Part shown: in pieces, positions 7,906-16,799 of the stretch
Numbering within the stretch: the stretch's first letter is position 1
How the letters are laid out: each line of letters opens with the position of its first letter
From: Polyangiales bacterium
GTDB lineage: Bacteria > Myxococcota_A > Polyangia > Polyangiales > Houyiibacteriaceae
Reading direction: 5' to 3'
Length of the DNA: 18,502 nt
Assembly (NCBI GenBank): GCA_045106895.1
Contig: JBGCFM010000028.1
Location: 1 to 18,502, forward strand
The notes under the pieces: generated by a model
Databases searched by the model: none
What the model was told of the DNA's origin: nothing
Seen by the model: only the letters and a program-made list of their open reading frames with translations
Program-made: the position numbers and the translations under genes

Positions 7906-10389
7906 CTAGAGGAGCACACCACAGCCCTCGACGACGACGGAGTCTTGGTTGTTGTCCCCAATACACTCAATGGTCGTCGCTCCGCCGGCGCCGTCGTCGT
8001 TGACCTGGACGAAGACTTCCCCGTTCTCGATCTCTTCGCCGAGTACACAGCTCACTTCGAGGCAGCCACCCACGGGGACGGGCCCAGGCGTGAACGAAGT
8101 GCAGAGCACGACGCCCTCCGAAGGCGGTCCGAGGTAGAACGTCGCGGGGAGGGCGGCGCCGACGGCGCGTTCGCCACGGTTGCACACCGTAGAGACGAGC
8201 CGTGTCTCTTCGCCGTCCGCCTCACGACAGATGTCTGTGTCGAGGCGGCCCGTGATGTCCGGAAGCGCTCCCGGCGCGGCCTCACCCTGGGCGTTCTGAC
8301 GGTAGTTGTTCAACGAGGCGTCTGCGTGGTTCTGTGTCCATTCGCTGGTGCGCGGGATCGTCCCGTCGTCGCGGACGTTGGTGATGGAGTAGGTGTGCTG
8401 ATTCCAGATCGGCCGCGACGACACCCAGCGGTCAAGGGAGTCGCGCAATACACGCACGCCTTGCTGCGCCACGTCGGCGGGGTGAACAGCGCGGCAAACC
8501 ATGCCTTCGCTAGCGTCGAGAGGGGTCGTGCACATGGTGTCGTCTTCGCACTGCGTGTCGTCTTCGCAGCGACACAGGCCGGCGTCGCATGCGCCGGAGC
8601 GGCAGTCTTCGTTGTCCTCGCATCGAACGCCGGGATGAATCGGGTCGATGAGTGGGCAGGTGACGTTGCAGTTGGAGTTGGAGCCGACGATGATCTCGGT
8701 GTTCTCATCACGGTCTGCATCCGCGACGACCACGTTCTCGTACCAAGTGCACGACGTTCGGAAGGACGAGTAGAGCACATCGCCGTTGGACCCGTCGTAG
8801 ATGCGCGTGAAGCACTCGTCGCCGTAGACCGCTTCCGCCTGACCGTCGCCTTCGAAGTCGAAGATGGAAGAACCCGTTCGCGCCGACGATGCGTCTTGGC
8901 TGACTGTGCTCCACCGGACGAAGCCACCGACGCACTCGTCGCTTGCTTCGGCGCACTCGAGGTCGAAGATGACGTACTGAGTGCCACCTGCGGAAGCCAC
9001 TTCCGGGAAGCCGTCGTTGTCGAAGTCGCCGACGGTGGGTGGCCCACCGCCGCTGATGGCAGTGCTCGACATCACAACGGTTCCGTCGAGGGTGGTGACC
9101 TGCATCTGGCTTGCCAGGATGGTGACGATTTCGGAGATTCCATCCAACGCCGTCCCGTCGAAGCCGTCCGCTGTGGGGGTGCCGAAGTCCGCGAGGGCGT
9201 GGGCGACTGCGCCGGCGCCGGGACCCGGGGAGGCCATCACCCACAGGTTCGTCGCCGTGTCCCAGCGGAAGATCTCGTTCGCGACGAGCTCGACGGCCCC
9301 GTCGTTGTCAAAGTCGGCGGCCACGGCGAAGGAGCCCGTACTGACGTTCGTCATGACTCCCGTTTGGCCCACATTGATCCGTGCGCCGGTGGTGCCGCTG
9401 AACACCTCGCCGCGCGAGAGGACCTCGGGGATCCCATCGTCGTCGAGGTCATGGATCGCGGGGCCGTCCCAGCGATAGGCGCCGCTGATATCGCTGCCTT
9501 CGCTCACCCAGTAGCGTTCGTGGGCGCCGGTGGCGGAGTTCCATCGAAACGCGATGATTCCGGTGTTCGCGGTGAGCGCCACGATCTCTGGAACGCCGTC
9601 ACCATCGAGATCACCGATGGCGGGCGGAGCCGCCGCGATGAGGGGGTATTCGGGGTCGTGAATCGTCTCCAGCTGGGAGCAGTCCTGGGCGTTCAGGACG
9701 CGAAGGACACCAAAATACGCGGGGTCGATGCCCACGCCGGACTGCATGCCACCGTCGGTGAAGTTGTAGGTGTTGATGAGGATTTCGCCCGGAGCGATGG
9801 CGTCCGGATCGGAGTCGGGGATGTTCCCAAGGTCCGCGACGAGGGGCGTCGCCAGGACCTGAATATGGCCCGGGTACATATCGCCGTCCGGCGGGGCCAA
9901 CCACTCACACTGCACCGAAGGCTCGAAGAGACCGACGGGGATGAGTCCTTGGCATTCCGGGTTCACCGTGCCGCGGGGCCCGGTGCCGTAGGGAATGCAG
10001 AAGCTCGGGTCGCTCTCCGCGGCGCATCCATCGGCACAGCAGTAGCGGTCTCCGCCGCAGGAGGCGTCGTCGACGCAGGGGAGGCTCGCGTCGAGGCACT
10101 CGCCGCCCACGGTGCATTGGAACCCCGGCGTGCAGTCCATGCTCGTTGTGCAGTCGCCGGCGTTTCGAGCATCTGGAGTGACGACATCCTCGCCCGTGTC
10201 CATCGCCGCCGCATCGGGAGTGGCGGCGTCGATGGTCGCAGGAGCACACATCTCGTTCACGCAAACTCCATCGGGGCAGTCACTGTCCGTCAGGCAGCTG
10301 GTATCGGGGGGACTGCTGCAGTCACACCCGGAAAGGGCGAAAAGCGAGAGCCATCCGAGGTGGAGCCAGTGGGTGGGGCGAAAAGTCAT
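7906..10389 (-). CDS. Large FG-GAP/VCBS-repeat beta-propeller lipoprotein with Cys-rich modules and a C-terminal Ig/CARDB-like domain
   Basis: 827 aa; lipobox LSGC; repeated Ca-binding DxDxDG-type motifs (DLDGDGVPE, DLDDDGIPE, DFDNDGAVE, DFDNDGFPE, DFEGDGQAE, DADRDENTE); CxxDxDC modules; C-terminal PDIT...TVCNRG...VNDDG...ECIGDNN segment. Confidence 0.85.
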   Translation of the reverse strand: MTFRPTHWLHLGWLSLFALSGCDCSSPPDTSCLTDSDCPDGVCVNEMCAPATIDAATPDAAAMDTGEDVVTPDARNAGDCTTSMDCTPGFQCTVGGECLDASLPCVDDASCGGDRYCCADGCAAESDPSFCIPYGTGPRGTVNPECQGLIPVGLFEPSVQCEWLAPPDGDMYPGHIQVLATPLVADLGNIPDSDPDAIAPGEILINTYNFTDGGMQSGVGIDPAYFGVLRVLNAQDCSQLETIHDPEYPLIAAAPPAIGDLDGDGVPEIVALTANTGIIAFRWNSATGAHERYWVSEGSDISGAYRWDGPAIHDLDDDGIPEVLSRGEVFSGTTGARINVGQTGVMTNVSTGSFAVAADFDNDGAVELVANEIFRWDTATNLWVMASPGPGAGAVAHALADFGTPTADGFDGTALDGISEIVTILASQMQVTTLDGTVVMSSTAISGGGPPTVGDFDNDGFPEVASAGGTQYVIFDLECAEASDECVGGFVRWSTVSQDASSARTGSSIFDFEGDGQAEAVYGDECFTRIYDGSNGDVLYSSFRTSCTWYENVVVADADRDENTEIIVGSNSNCNVTCPLIDPIHPGVRCEDNEDCRSGACDAGLCRCEDDTQCEDDTMCTTPLDASEGMVCRAVHPADVAQQGVRVLRDSLDRWVSSRPIWNQHTYSITNVRDDGTIPRTSEWTQNHADASLNNYRQNAQGEAAPGALPDITGRLDTDICREADGEETRLVSTVCNRGERAVGAALPATFYLGPPSEGVVLCTSFTPGPVPVGGCLEVSCVLGEEIENGEVFVQVNDDGAGGATTIECIGDNNQDSVVVEGCGVLL

Positions 10390-10401
10390 GCCCCCAACGT
10401 A

Positions 10402-11433
10402 TCATGGAGCGGAAAGGCTCGTGTTCGCGACGTACGCCATGGCCAACGACACGAGAAGGCCGATGGTGACGAAGGCGAGGTCTTTCCCGGCAAGTTTCAG
10501 TGTCTTCTTCATGGTCGTACCACTTACGCCTCGGAGCGTCATGGCGATCTCGCGCCCCGCGAGGAGGCCGACGAAGACCCAGGTTGTGCTCATCGGAATC
10601 TTCGACTCCATCTTGAAGACAAAGAGAATCACGGCGTAGACGAGGTCAACGAGCGTCGCCGCACGAACGTCAACCACGCGCGCTTTCTCGTCGATGATCT
10701 TCTGTACACGTTCGCCGCCTTGCCGAAAAAGCACGCCGAGGCCCAAGAAGATCACACCGGCAAATACCGACAGCTCAACGACGCTGAGCGAACGCGGCAA
10801 GTAGATGGCGATATTCGCGGCGTCCTGCATCAGCCAGATGCTCCAGAGCAGCCCCGTCGTCATCCACTGAGCGATTCGCCAGCCCGGAGCCGGAGGGCCC
10901 TTGGCTTGCCAACGCTCGACGGCCCGCGAAACCAACAGCCAGATGATGATGGCGACCCCAAATGCCAACGCGTAGCCGACCACGCTCTTCGTGAGCACTT
11001 TGCCAATGCTCGCTGGGCTGGAAGCGAAGCAGCTCAAGAGCAGAAGCGTCGTCGATACAGGGATTCCGCAGCGCGTCAGGAAGAGGAGCACGATGGGTGC
11101 CGCCACCTGCAGGAAGGTGAAGGCCATCGGTGTCTCGTCGAACCCCTTCGACGCTAGCCGCTCATAGGTGACGTCGCCGGCGTAGGCCCACCAGCTGTAT
11201 CCGATGGTCACCAAGAAGATGCCGCCGATCCAGAGCCAGAGTGTCCACCAGGGACGGTCCCGGTTGCTTCCGATAAAAGTGCCCAGCGTCTGAACGCTGT
11301 CGTTGGCGACTGCGGAGTACCCCGCGATGGCGAACCCAACCCAGCGGGCGATGCCGGCGTAGGGATAGGTGAGGCCCACCAAGATGAGCGCCGAAGCCAC
11401 GATGGCGAGGAACACGCGCTCTTTCACCATCAT
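10402..11433 (-). CDS. Multi-pass membrane protein, PiT/Pho4 (inorganic phosphate transporter)-like
   Basis: About 343 aa, strongly hydrophobic, with duplicated PiT-like signatures: ANDSVQTLGT / GIPVSTT in the N-half and QDAANIA / IPMSTTW in the C-half. Start is ATG 11433 or GTG 11481 (GTGA overlap with the upstream stop). Confidence 0.7.
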   Translation of the reverse strand: MMVKERVFLAIVASALILVGLTYPYAGIARWVGFAIAGYSAVANDSVQTLGTFIGSNRDRPWWTLWLWIGGIFLVTIGYSWWAYAGDVTYERLASKGFDETPMAFTFLQVAAPIVLLFLTRCGIPVSTTLLLLSCFASSPASIGKVLTKSVVGYALAFGVAIIIWLLVSRAVERWQAKGPPAPGWRIAQWMTTGLLWSIWLMQDAANIAIYLPRSLSVVELSVFAGVIFLGLGVLFRQGGERVQKIIDEKARVVDVRAATLVDLVYAVILFVFKMESKIPMSTTWVFVGLLAGREIAMTLRGVSGTTMKKTLKLAGKDLAFVTIGLLVSLAMAYVANTSLSAP

Positions 11434-11477
11434 CTGAACCAAGGCGGCACCCCGGCTCGAATCCGCGGGATGTTCGC

Positions 11478-12857
11478 TCACTCGTTTGTGACCCAGCGGC
11501 TTCGTGGGTGTCGTCGTCGTCGTCCGCAGTCGACGCCCTCGGGGCGCTGGTCCGGTCGCGTCCAGCTCTCGGGTTCGATGTGCGCAAGTCGAGAGGCGTG
11601 CCTGACTCCCGGGCGAAAGAGCGACGCGGGGTTGCAGTTTCGCTGCTCCGCCATGAATTCGAAGTGGACATGGGGGCCGCGGGAGATGCCCGTACTGCCG
11701 AGCTCCGCGAGCACGCCACCTGCCGGAACACGTTCGCCGGCGACGACGAAGTTGACGGAGTTGTGGGCGTACATGGTGACCCACCCACCGCTGTGGATGA
11801 CGAGGACGACGTTTCCGTAGCCGGGTACCTCGTCGCCGGAATACCCAACGATGCCCGCCGCCGCGGACCGGACGTTCCAACCGAGGTCGCCGGCGATATC
11901 GACGGCGAGGTGGTAGCCCCCTTCGCCACTTCCGTACCCGCGCACGAAGCGCCCGTTCGACACGGGCCATCGCAGGGTTCCAGGCATGCGGTTCATTCGG
12001 CCACGTCCAGCGCGTACCCAGCGGCGCTCTACTTGGCCCATCATCAGCTTGCGCGCGACGGCGAGGGTGCCGAGACCGAGCCTGCGCGCGACCACTTGGG
12101 CGCGCCTCTGACGACGTGTCAGGGGTCGGTCGGCGTCCTCGCCGGAGCGCCGCTGGCCGCCGGGAATCACCAATCGCTGACCCACGCGGAAGTTGCTCGC
12201 GGACTCGGCGTCGAGGCGGTTGGCCGCCATCAGCGCAGCCACGGAGACACGGAAAGAGCGCGCGAGATCCCAAATGGTCTCGCCTTCCGAGACCGTGTGC
12301 ATGACGCGCCGGGTTGAACTCGGCTCCGCGACGCGCACGGCGCTCTGCTCGATGCCCGGGATGATGATCGCGCGTCCAGAGCGGAGGTTTCGAACGGCGT
12401 CGTCGTCGAACTCGTTGCGCTCCATGATCTCTCCGGAGGAAAGGTCATAGGTCTGGGCGATGTCCCACAAGGTCTCCCCTTCGGCGACGACATGGTAGGC
12501 GGCGCCCTCCAGCGGAGGGAGCGTTGTGATGTCGACGGCGGTCACACGTTCGACGGTGGCGGCTTCCGTCGCGCCGGGGATTCGGAGTGGAGCGCCGGCG
12601 CGGAGACGGCGTACGTCGCGCTCGCTCATCTCGTTGAATTCCATGATCTCGTCGACGCTCACGGAGTACGCACGGGAGATGTCCCAGAGCGTCTGACCCG
12701 GTTCTACGGTGTGCTCCACAAACGGCGTGGGTTCCGGCTCGGGCTCGGGCTCCGGCTCTATCTCGGCGGGCGCGTCCACGACGGGTGGAGGCTCTTCGCA
12801 GGCGAGTCCAAAAACGACGAACACCGCTAGAAACGCTCTGGGGCCAGCACTCGCCAC
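11478..12857 (-). CDS. LysM (x3) + M23 metallopeptidase lipoprotein (NlpD-like architecture)
   Basis: Lipobox-like FGLAC; three LysM repeats (HTVEPGQTLWDIS, HVVAEGETLWDIA, HTVSEGETIWDLA); M23 motifs HLAVD (HxxxD), YGNVVLVIH, YAHN and GPHVHFE (HxH). Confidence 0.9.
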   Translation of the reverse strand: MASAGPRAFLAVFVVFGLACEEPPPVVDAPAEIEPEPEPEPEPTPFVEHTVEPGQTLWDISRAYSVSVDEIMEFNEMSERDVRRLRAGAPLRIPGATEAATVERVTAVDITTLPPLEGAAYHVVAEGETLWDIAQTYDLSSGEIMERNEFDDDAVRNLRSGRAIIIPGIEQSAVRVAEPSSTRRVMHTVSEGETIWDLARSFRVSVAALMAANRLDAESASNFRVGQRLVIPGGQRRSGEDADRPLTRRQRRAQVVARRLGLGTLAVARKLMMGQVERRWVRAGRGRMNRMPGTLRWPVSNGRFVRGYGSGEGGYHLAVDIAGDLGWNVRSAAAGIVGYSGDEVPGYGNVVLVIHSGGWVTMYAHNSVNFVVAGERVPAGGVLAELGSTGISRGPHVHFEFMAEQRNCNPASLFRPGVRHASRLAHIEPESWTRPDQRPEGVDCGRRRRHPRSRWVTNE

Positions 12858-12978
12858 GCGGCGGAACCTAGCCCGGATCCGTGGGAGGGACCACCGAGGA
12901 AGCCCGAAGGGCCAGAACCCCTATATTTCTCCTATTCGTTCGAGTGACAGGCCCGTTTTCAGGGGCTACGAAGCGGCT

Positions 12979-13794
12979 ATGTCCGCACCTATCAGTGCCC
13001 TTACGATCGCAGGCTCCGACCCTTCCGGAGGCGCAGGTCTTCAAGCCGATTTAAAGACGTTTCACCAACACGGCGTCTACGGCATGAGCGTCGTGACGTT
13101 GGTGACGGTGCAGAACACCCAGCGCGTGTCCCGCGTGGAGCTGCTTCCGGCGTCCCTCGTCGCCGAGCAAATCGAAGCTGTGCTTCAGGACGTTCCTCCG
13201 GCTTGCATCAAGCTTGGCGCCCTCGGCGGCGCAGATATCGTGGACGCGGTCATAGGCGCCTTGGCCGAGCGACGGGTGCCCCTCGTCGTCGACCCGGTCA
13301 TGATCAGCAAACACGGCGCAGCGCTCCTCGACGCGGACGCGCAAGCCCGCATGCGGGCCCTTATTGTCGGCGCGGAGCTTGTCACGCCGAATGGGCCCGA
13401 GGCCGCCGCGCTGACGGGCCGAGAGGTCACGTCCTCGGCCCAAGCCCTGGATGCCGCGAAGGCAATCCGTGACCTCGGCGCCCAGGCGGTTCTCATCAAA
13501 GGAGGCCACTTTGACGAGGAAGATGCGAGTGACCTGCTCCTCGACGAATCCGGCGAGGAGGTCTTTTCGGCGCCACGCGTCGATACGAAACACACCCACG
13601 GAACGGGGTGCACCTACGCGTCCGCGATCAGCGCTCGCCTCGCCCTTGGCCACTCCCTCCGAGACGCTGTTTACGGGGCAAAGCGCTGGCTCCAGCGGGC
13701 GATCGTACGTGCTCCTGGCCTCGGTGGTGGGCAGGGCCCTGTCTTTCACCACGCCTCCTGCGCTGGGACGTTTCCGCCTTTTGACGGCCATTGA
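12979..13794 (+). CDS. thiD: Bifunctional hydroxymethylpyrimidine/phosphomethylpyrimidine kinase
   Basis: ALTIAGSDPSGGAGLQADLKTF, TVQNT, VVDPVMISKHG, TPNGPEA, VLIKGGH and HTHGTGCTYASAI motifs. Start at ATG 12979. Confidence 0.96.
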   Translation: MSAPISALTIAGSDPSGGAGLQADLKTFHQHGVYGMSVVTLVTVQNTQRVSRVELLPASLVAEQIEAVLQDVPPACIKLGALGGADIVDAVIGALAERRVPLVVDPVMISKHGAALLDADAQARMRALIVGAELVTPNGPEAAALTGREVTSSAQALDAAKAIRDLGAQAVLIKGGHFDEEDASDLLLDESGEEVFSAPRVDTKHTHGTGCTYASAISARLALGHSLRDAVYGAKRWLQRAIVRAPGLGGGQGPVFHHASCAGTFPPFDGH

Positions 13795-13841
13795 GGCGCT
13801 TCCGGGATGCCCCCCGAGCAGAATCACGGTAGATTCGCCTC

Positions 13842-14960
13842 ATGACTTGCCGTTTATCCGGGCTTCTTCTCCTGCTCGCTGCCCTTGGCTGTGCAAACGA
13901 AACCGGAATCGTGGTTTCCATCGACGGGAGTGGCTTTGCAGTTCCCGGAGATATCGACGCCGTTCGAATCGTCGTTCGTGGTGTGAGCAGCGGTCGAACC
14001 GCGGACGCCACCGCCCCCATCGACGGAACGTGGCCGCAGTCCATCGCGATTCGGCCCGGCGAAGCGGGCGACAACGAGATGGTCGTCATCAGCGTCTACG
14101 GACTTCTGGGGAACGCCGCGCGAGTACGTCGTGTTCTCCCCGCGATGTTTGTGGGTGGCAGCTCGGTGCCCATCGAGGTTCGACTCGAGGCTTCCTGCAT
14201 CGACGTTGCGTGCGAGAATGAAGTCGACTGCCGTGCTGGCATGTGCGCGGGTCCAATCCCAATGACGGACGCCGGGCCCCTCCCCGATGTTCCGGTCTTG
14301 AGCGACAGCGGCCGCGATGTCCCGGTCACATCGGACGCGGGTCCAGACGTTCCTGTCATGACCGATGCGGGTCCAGATGTGCCAATGGTCGATGCGGGTC
14401 CCGATGTGCCTGTGATGCCGGATGGCGGACCCGACGGCGGACCCGACGCAGGGCCTCCCCCAGGACCCGGCACGCTCATCATCAGCGAGTACCTTGAAGG
14501 CTCAGCCAACAACAAGGCCATCGAGCTATACAACGCGTCGAGCGTCAGCATCGACCTGTCCATGTGCAGCCTGACGTTGCGCAATAGCTGTGGCGGAGGC
14601 GCCCCAGTCACCCACACGATGACCGGGTCCTTGGCGAGCGGCTCTACCTGGGTTCTCTGCCATCCAAGTTTCTCCTCCCCGGGGCTCTGCGATGAATCGC
14701 CATCGTCACGCGTCATCAACCACAACGGCGACGACGTCTACTCCCTGGAATGCGACGGGACCGTCCTCGACACGTTCGGTTCTACGTTCGGAACTTGCGA
14801 GAGCACCTGGGGTAGCGGAGACACGAGTTCCGCTGAGCGAGCGCTACGGCGTCAGGCCCGCATCGTCACCGGTGACACGGACCTTGGTGACGCCTTCGAC
14901 CCGGGGACGGAGTACGACGGTTTCGCCCGCGATTCCTTCGACGGTTTGGGCAGCCGCTAA
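13842..14960 (+). CDS. Lipoprotein with Cys module, DAGPDVPV linker and C-terminal lamin-tail (LTD) domain
   Basis: Lipobox ALGC; C-terminal LIISEYLEGSANNKAIELYN ... HNGDD ... LDTFG ... LRR ... FDGLGS resembles LTD domains of extracellular nuclease-type proteins. Confidence 0.8.
   Translation: MTCRLSGLLLLLAALGCANETGIVVSIDGSGFAVPGDIDAVRIVVRGVSSGRTADATAPIDGTWPQSIAIRPGEAGDNEMVVISVYGLLGNAARVRRVLPAMFVGGSSVPIEVRLEASCIDVACENEVDCRAGMCAGPIPMTDAGPLPDVPVLSDSGRDVPVTSDAGPDVPVMTDAGPDVPMVDAGPDVPVMPDGGPDGGPDAGPPPGPGTLIISEYLEGSANNKAIELYNASSVSIDLSMCSLTLRNSCGGGAPVTHTMTGSLASGSTWVLCHPSFSSPGLCDESPSSRVINHNGDDVYSLECDGTVLDTFGSTFGTCESTWGSGDTSSAERALRRQARIVTGDTDLGDAFDPGTEYDGFARDSFDGLGSR
14268..14469 (+). repeat. Imperfect coding tandem repeat (about 27-30 nt units) encoding DAGPDVPV-like units
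   Basis: GACGCGGGTCCAGACGTTCCTGTCATGACC / GATGCGGGTCCAGATGTGCCAATGGTC / GATGCGGGTCCCGATGTGCCTGTGATGCCG, followed by short DGGP repeats. Confidence 0.75.
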
Positions 14961-15044
14961 GGGCGCACATTCTTCGGGTAACGCATGGGTTCATCCGCGC
15001 GGCAAGTTCGCCATCGATGAACTCAGCGTGGTATCCTTCCGTCG

Positions 15045-15671
15045 ATGACGACGGTCACCGAGGCGATCAAAGTAGTACTCGACGCGGACGCTCAGCGAGC
15101 GCTCGCGGAGGGAGACCTAGAGGGCATCTGCGCGAACCCGGAAGTGGCTTCGCGCTTTGCACGGCAGCTGGCGGAGGCCGCGCGAAGAATCAGCCCCGGT
15201 CGCACGTGGTCGCCGGAAGATCTTCGTGACGTCCTTGAGGTGGCGGTCCACGGCAACCCTCAGGGCTCTGCGCGTGTGCTCGAAGGTCGCTACTTTCGAA
15301 AGCGACTCAAGGAGCAGACCAACCTCGCGGATCGTTATGGCGATGAGTTCTCCGTCGTTGTCATCTCCGTGTCGAAAGACGTTCACCAGGGCGTCTATTC
15401 GAGCGTCCTCGATGCCGTGACAGAGCGCCTGCGCCGGACGGACATGGTGTTCCTTTACCGTCGCCGTTTCGCCGTCGTACTCCCACGACTCGGCGTCAGC
15501 ACGCTTTCGGCGATGCTCGAGCGCATCAAGGAGCTTGTCGCCGTTGGCGCAGGAACAAAGTCCATCGAACGGATCGCGGGCGGAACCTATCCCAGTGACC
15601 GTTTCAAGGACGCCCGCGCTATTCTCGACTGGTCGGAGGACCAGCTTCGAGACCAGCCGATGGACGATTAG
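15045..15671 (+). CDS. Degenerate GGDEF-like domain protein (probably catalytically inactive)
   Basis: RYFRKRLKEQTNLADRYGDEFSVVVI resembles the GGDEF-domain start; LRRTDMVFLYRRRFAVVLP occupies the LRxxDxxxRYGGDEFxxxLP position; GTYPSD...ARAILDWSEDQL resembles the domain end. Confidence 0.65.
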   Translation: MTTVTEAIKVVLDADAQRALAEGDLEGICANPEVASRFARQLAEAARRISPGRTWSPEDLRDVLEVAVHGNPQGSARVLEGRYFRKRLKEQTNLADRYGDEFSVVVISVSKDVHQGVYSSVLDAVTERLRRTDMVFLYRRRFAVVLPRLGVSTLSAMLERIKELVAVGAGTKSIERIAGGTYPSDRFKDARAILDWSEDQLRDQPMDD

Positions 15672-15808
15672 GCCGCAAAGCGTTCTTGTCCGGCTTGTCC
15701 GGGAGCCCGCGTAGGCTCCTCGAGCCGATTTGGGGGCTGAAGACGCTGCGCGGGCGCTCGGAGTGCGCTACAACTGCGCGAATGCGCGAAGACCATACCG
15801 ATCCTGGA

Positions 15809-16636
15809 ATGACCGACGCGGGACTGATTACCGCCACCGAGCGGCTGCCATTGCTTCCAGATGTCGAGCGCATCTTTGATGCCTTCGTGAGCAACGCGAA
15901 CGCCGTGGCGGGTCAGGCGCGTACGACCTTGGGCGCGATCCCAGAAGAGGATCCCTTCCCGTCGGCGAAGACCGCTCTCGCGGAGCTGGTCCCTCTCGAC
16001 GTCCTCGAGAAAGACCACCCGGCCTTCGAGGCGCGAAACGACGTAGAAGAAGCATTCCTACAGACGGCGGAAGAAGCGGTGACAACGCAGGGCGCGCTCT
16101 TTGACGGCGCCCTTGAACGCGACGCGATCCCTCTCTCGGTCAAAAAGATCGCGCCTCCGCCGCGCCTCCCGAGTGAGCTCGCCGAGCGGACGGTGCTGGC
16201 GCCTGCGCCCGCGGGTCCCCACACACAAAAGAATGAAGCGCAGAGGCTGGTCCCCGATGTGGCATCCGTTCGGCCCTCGGAGCCACCGACGCGCGAGCGA
16301 TCCGAAGATGGTCAGATTCCGCCCCGTGAGCTCGAGCGCATGATGGGCGATATGCAGGTGCTCCTTCGTTACACGCACGACGAAGAGGTGGCGCGCCGTC
16401 TCCAAGAGCTCCGGCGTCGATACCCCAACGATCTGTTGCTGCTCCGCCGAATCGCCGAATTCCATCTCGAGGCTGGTTCTACGGATCTCGCGAAAGAAGC
16501 GCTCTTCCAACTCGCGTCGGGCCTCTTCCGCCGCAAGAACGTCACAGGAATGCGGGCGGCCCTCGAGCAGGTGCTCGTGCTCTCCCCCGGCGATCCGCGC
16601 GCGACGAAGCTCGTGCAGCTCCTCGATCAGCGATAG
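15809..16636 (+). CDS. Hypothetical protein with C-terminal TPR-like helical region
   Basis: Acidic/Pro-rich N-terminal part, then helical repeats (RYPNDLLLLRRIAEFHLEAG; ALEQVLVLSPGDPRATKL). Start uncertain (ATG 15782 or 15809). Confidence 0.65.
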   Translation: MTDAGLITATERLPLLPDVERIFDAFVSNANAVAGQARTTLGAIPEEDPFPSAKTALAELVPLDVLEKDHPAFEARNDVEEAFLQTAEEAVTTQGALFDGALERDAIPLSVKKIAPPPRLPSELAERTVLAPAPAGPHTQKNEAQRLVPDVASVRPSEPPTRERSEDGQIPPRELERMMGDMQVLLRYTHDEEVARRLQELRRRYPNDLLLLRRIAEFHLEAGSTDLAKEALFQLASGLFRRKNVTGMRAALEQVLVLSPGDPRATKLVQLLDQR

Positions 16637-16799
16637 CCCTGCTCTCGCGGCGTTTTGCGCTGTGCATCACGGGTGATCCTTGTCGGGATCCGCCCGCGCT
16701 GGTAGTCAGGACGACTGAACGGCCGCGCAGGGCGAAGCGCGTTTGAGAGCTTGATTCACAGCCTGGGCTGGCTGCGAACCAAGCTCCTAGGGATGGATC

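Noticed and set aside
10387..10404. In-frame TGA + 12 nt + ATG junction suggesting stop read-through fusion of the membrane protein and the FG-GAP protein
   Set aside because: In-frame spacing occurs one time in three by chance; the downstream gene has its own lipoprotein signal and no recoding signal is evident.
7945..11157. 1070-aa plus-strand ORF antisense to the FG-GAP and PiT-like genes
   Set aside because: Shadow ORF: high-GC codon bias removes stops in the antiparallel frame, the two real genes happen to share a frame, and the translation has no recognisable motifs.
11434..12273. Long N-terminal extension of the 623-aa ORF-track call for the membrane protein
   Set aside because: It overlaps the M23 gene in another frame with Arg-rich off-frame composition; the real start is at 11481 or 11433.
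12734..12760. Short CCGGCT/CGGGCT hexamer repeats
   Set aside because: They encode an ordinary EPEPEP linker of the LysM lipoprotein; not a CRISPR array or contingency locus.
12858..12978. Possible TPP riboswitch upstream of thiD
   Set aside because: No CTGAGA core or other conserved TPP elements seen; the region is a short divergent promoter gap.
15330..15350. RYGDEF sequence looking like a GGDEF active-site motif
   Set aside because: It lies at the start of the domain (the RYGxPLS position), not at the catalytic hairpin, so it is a coincidental resemblance.
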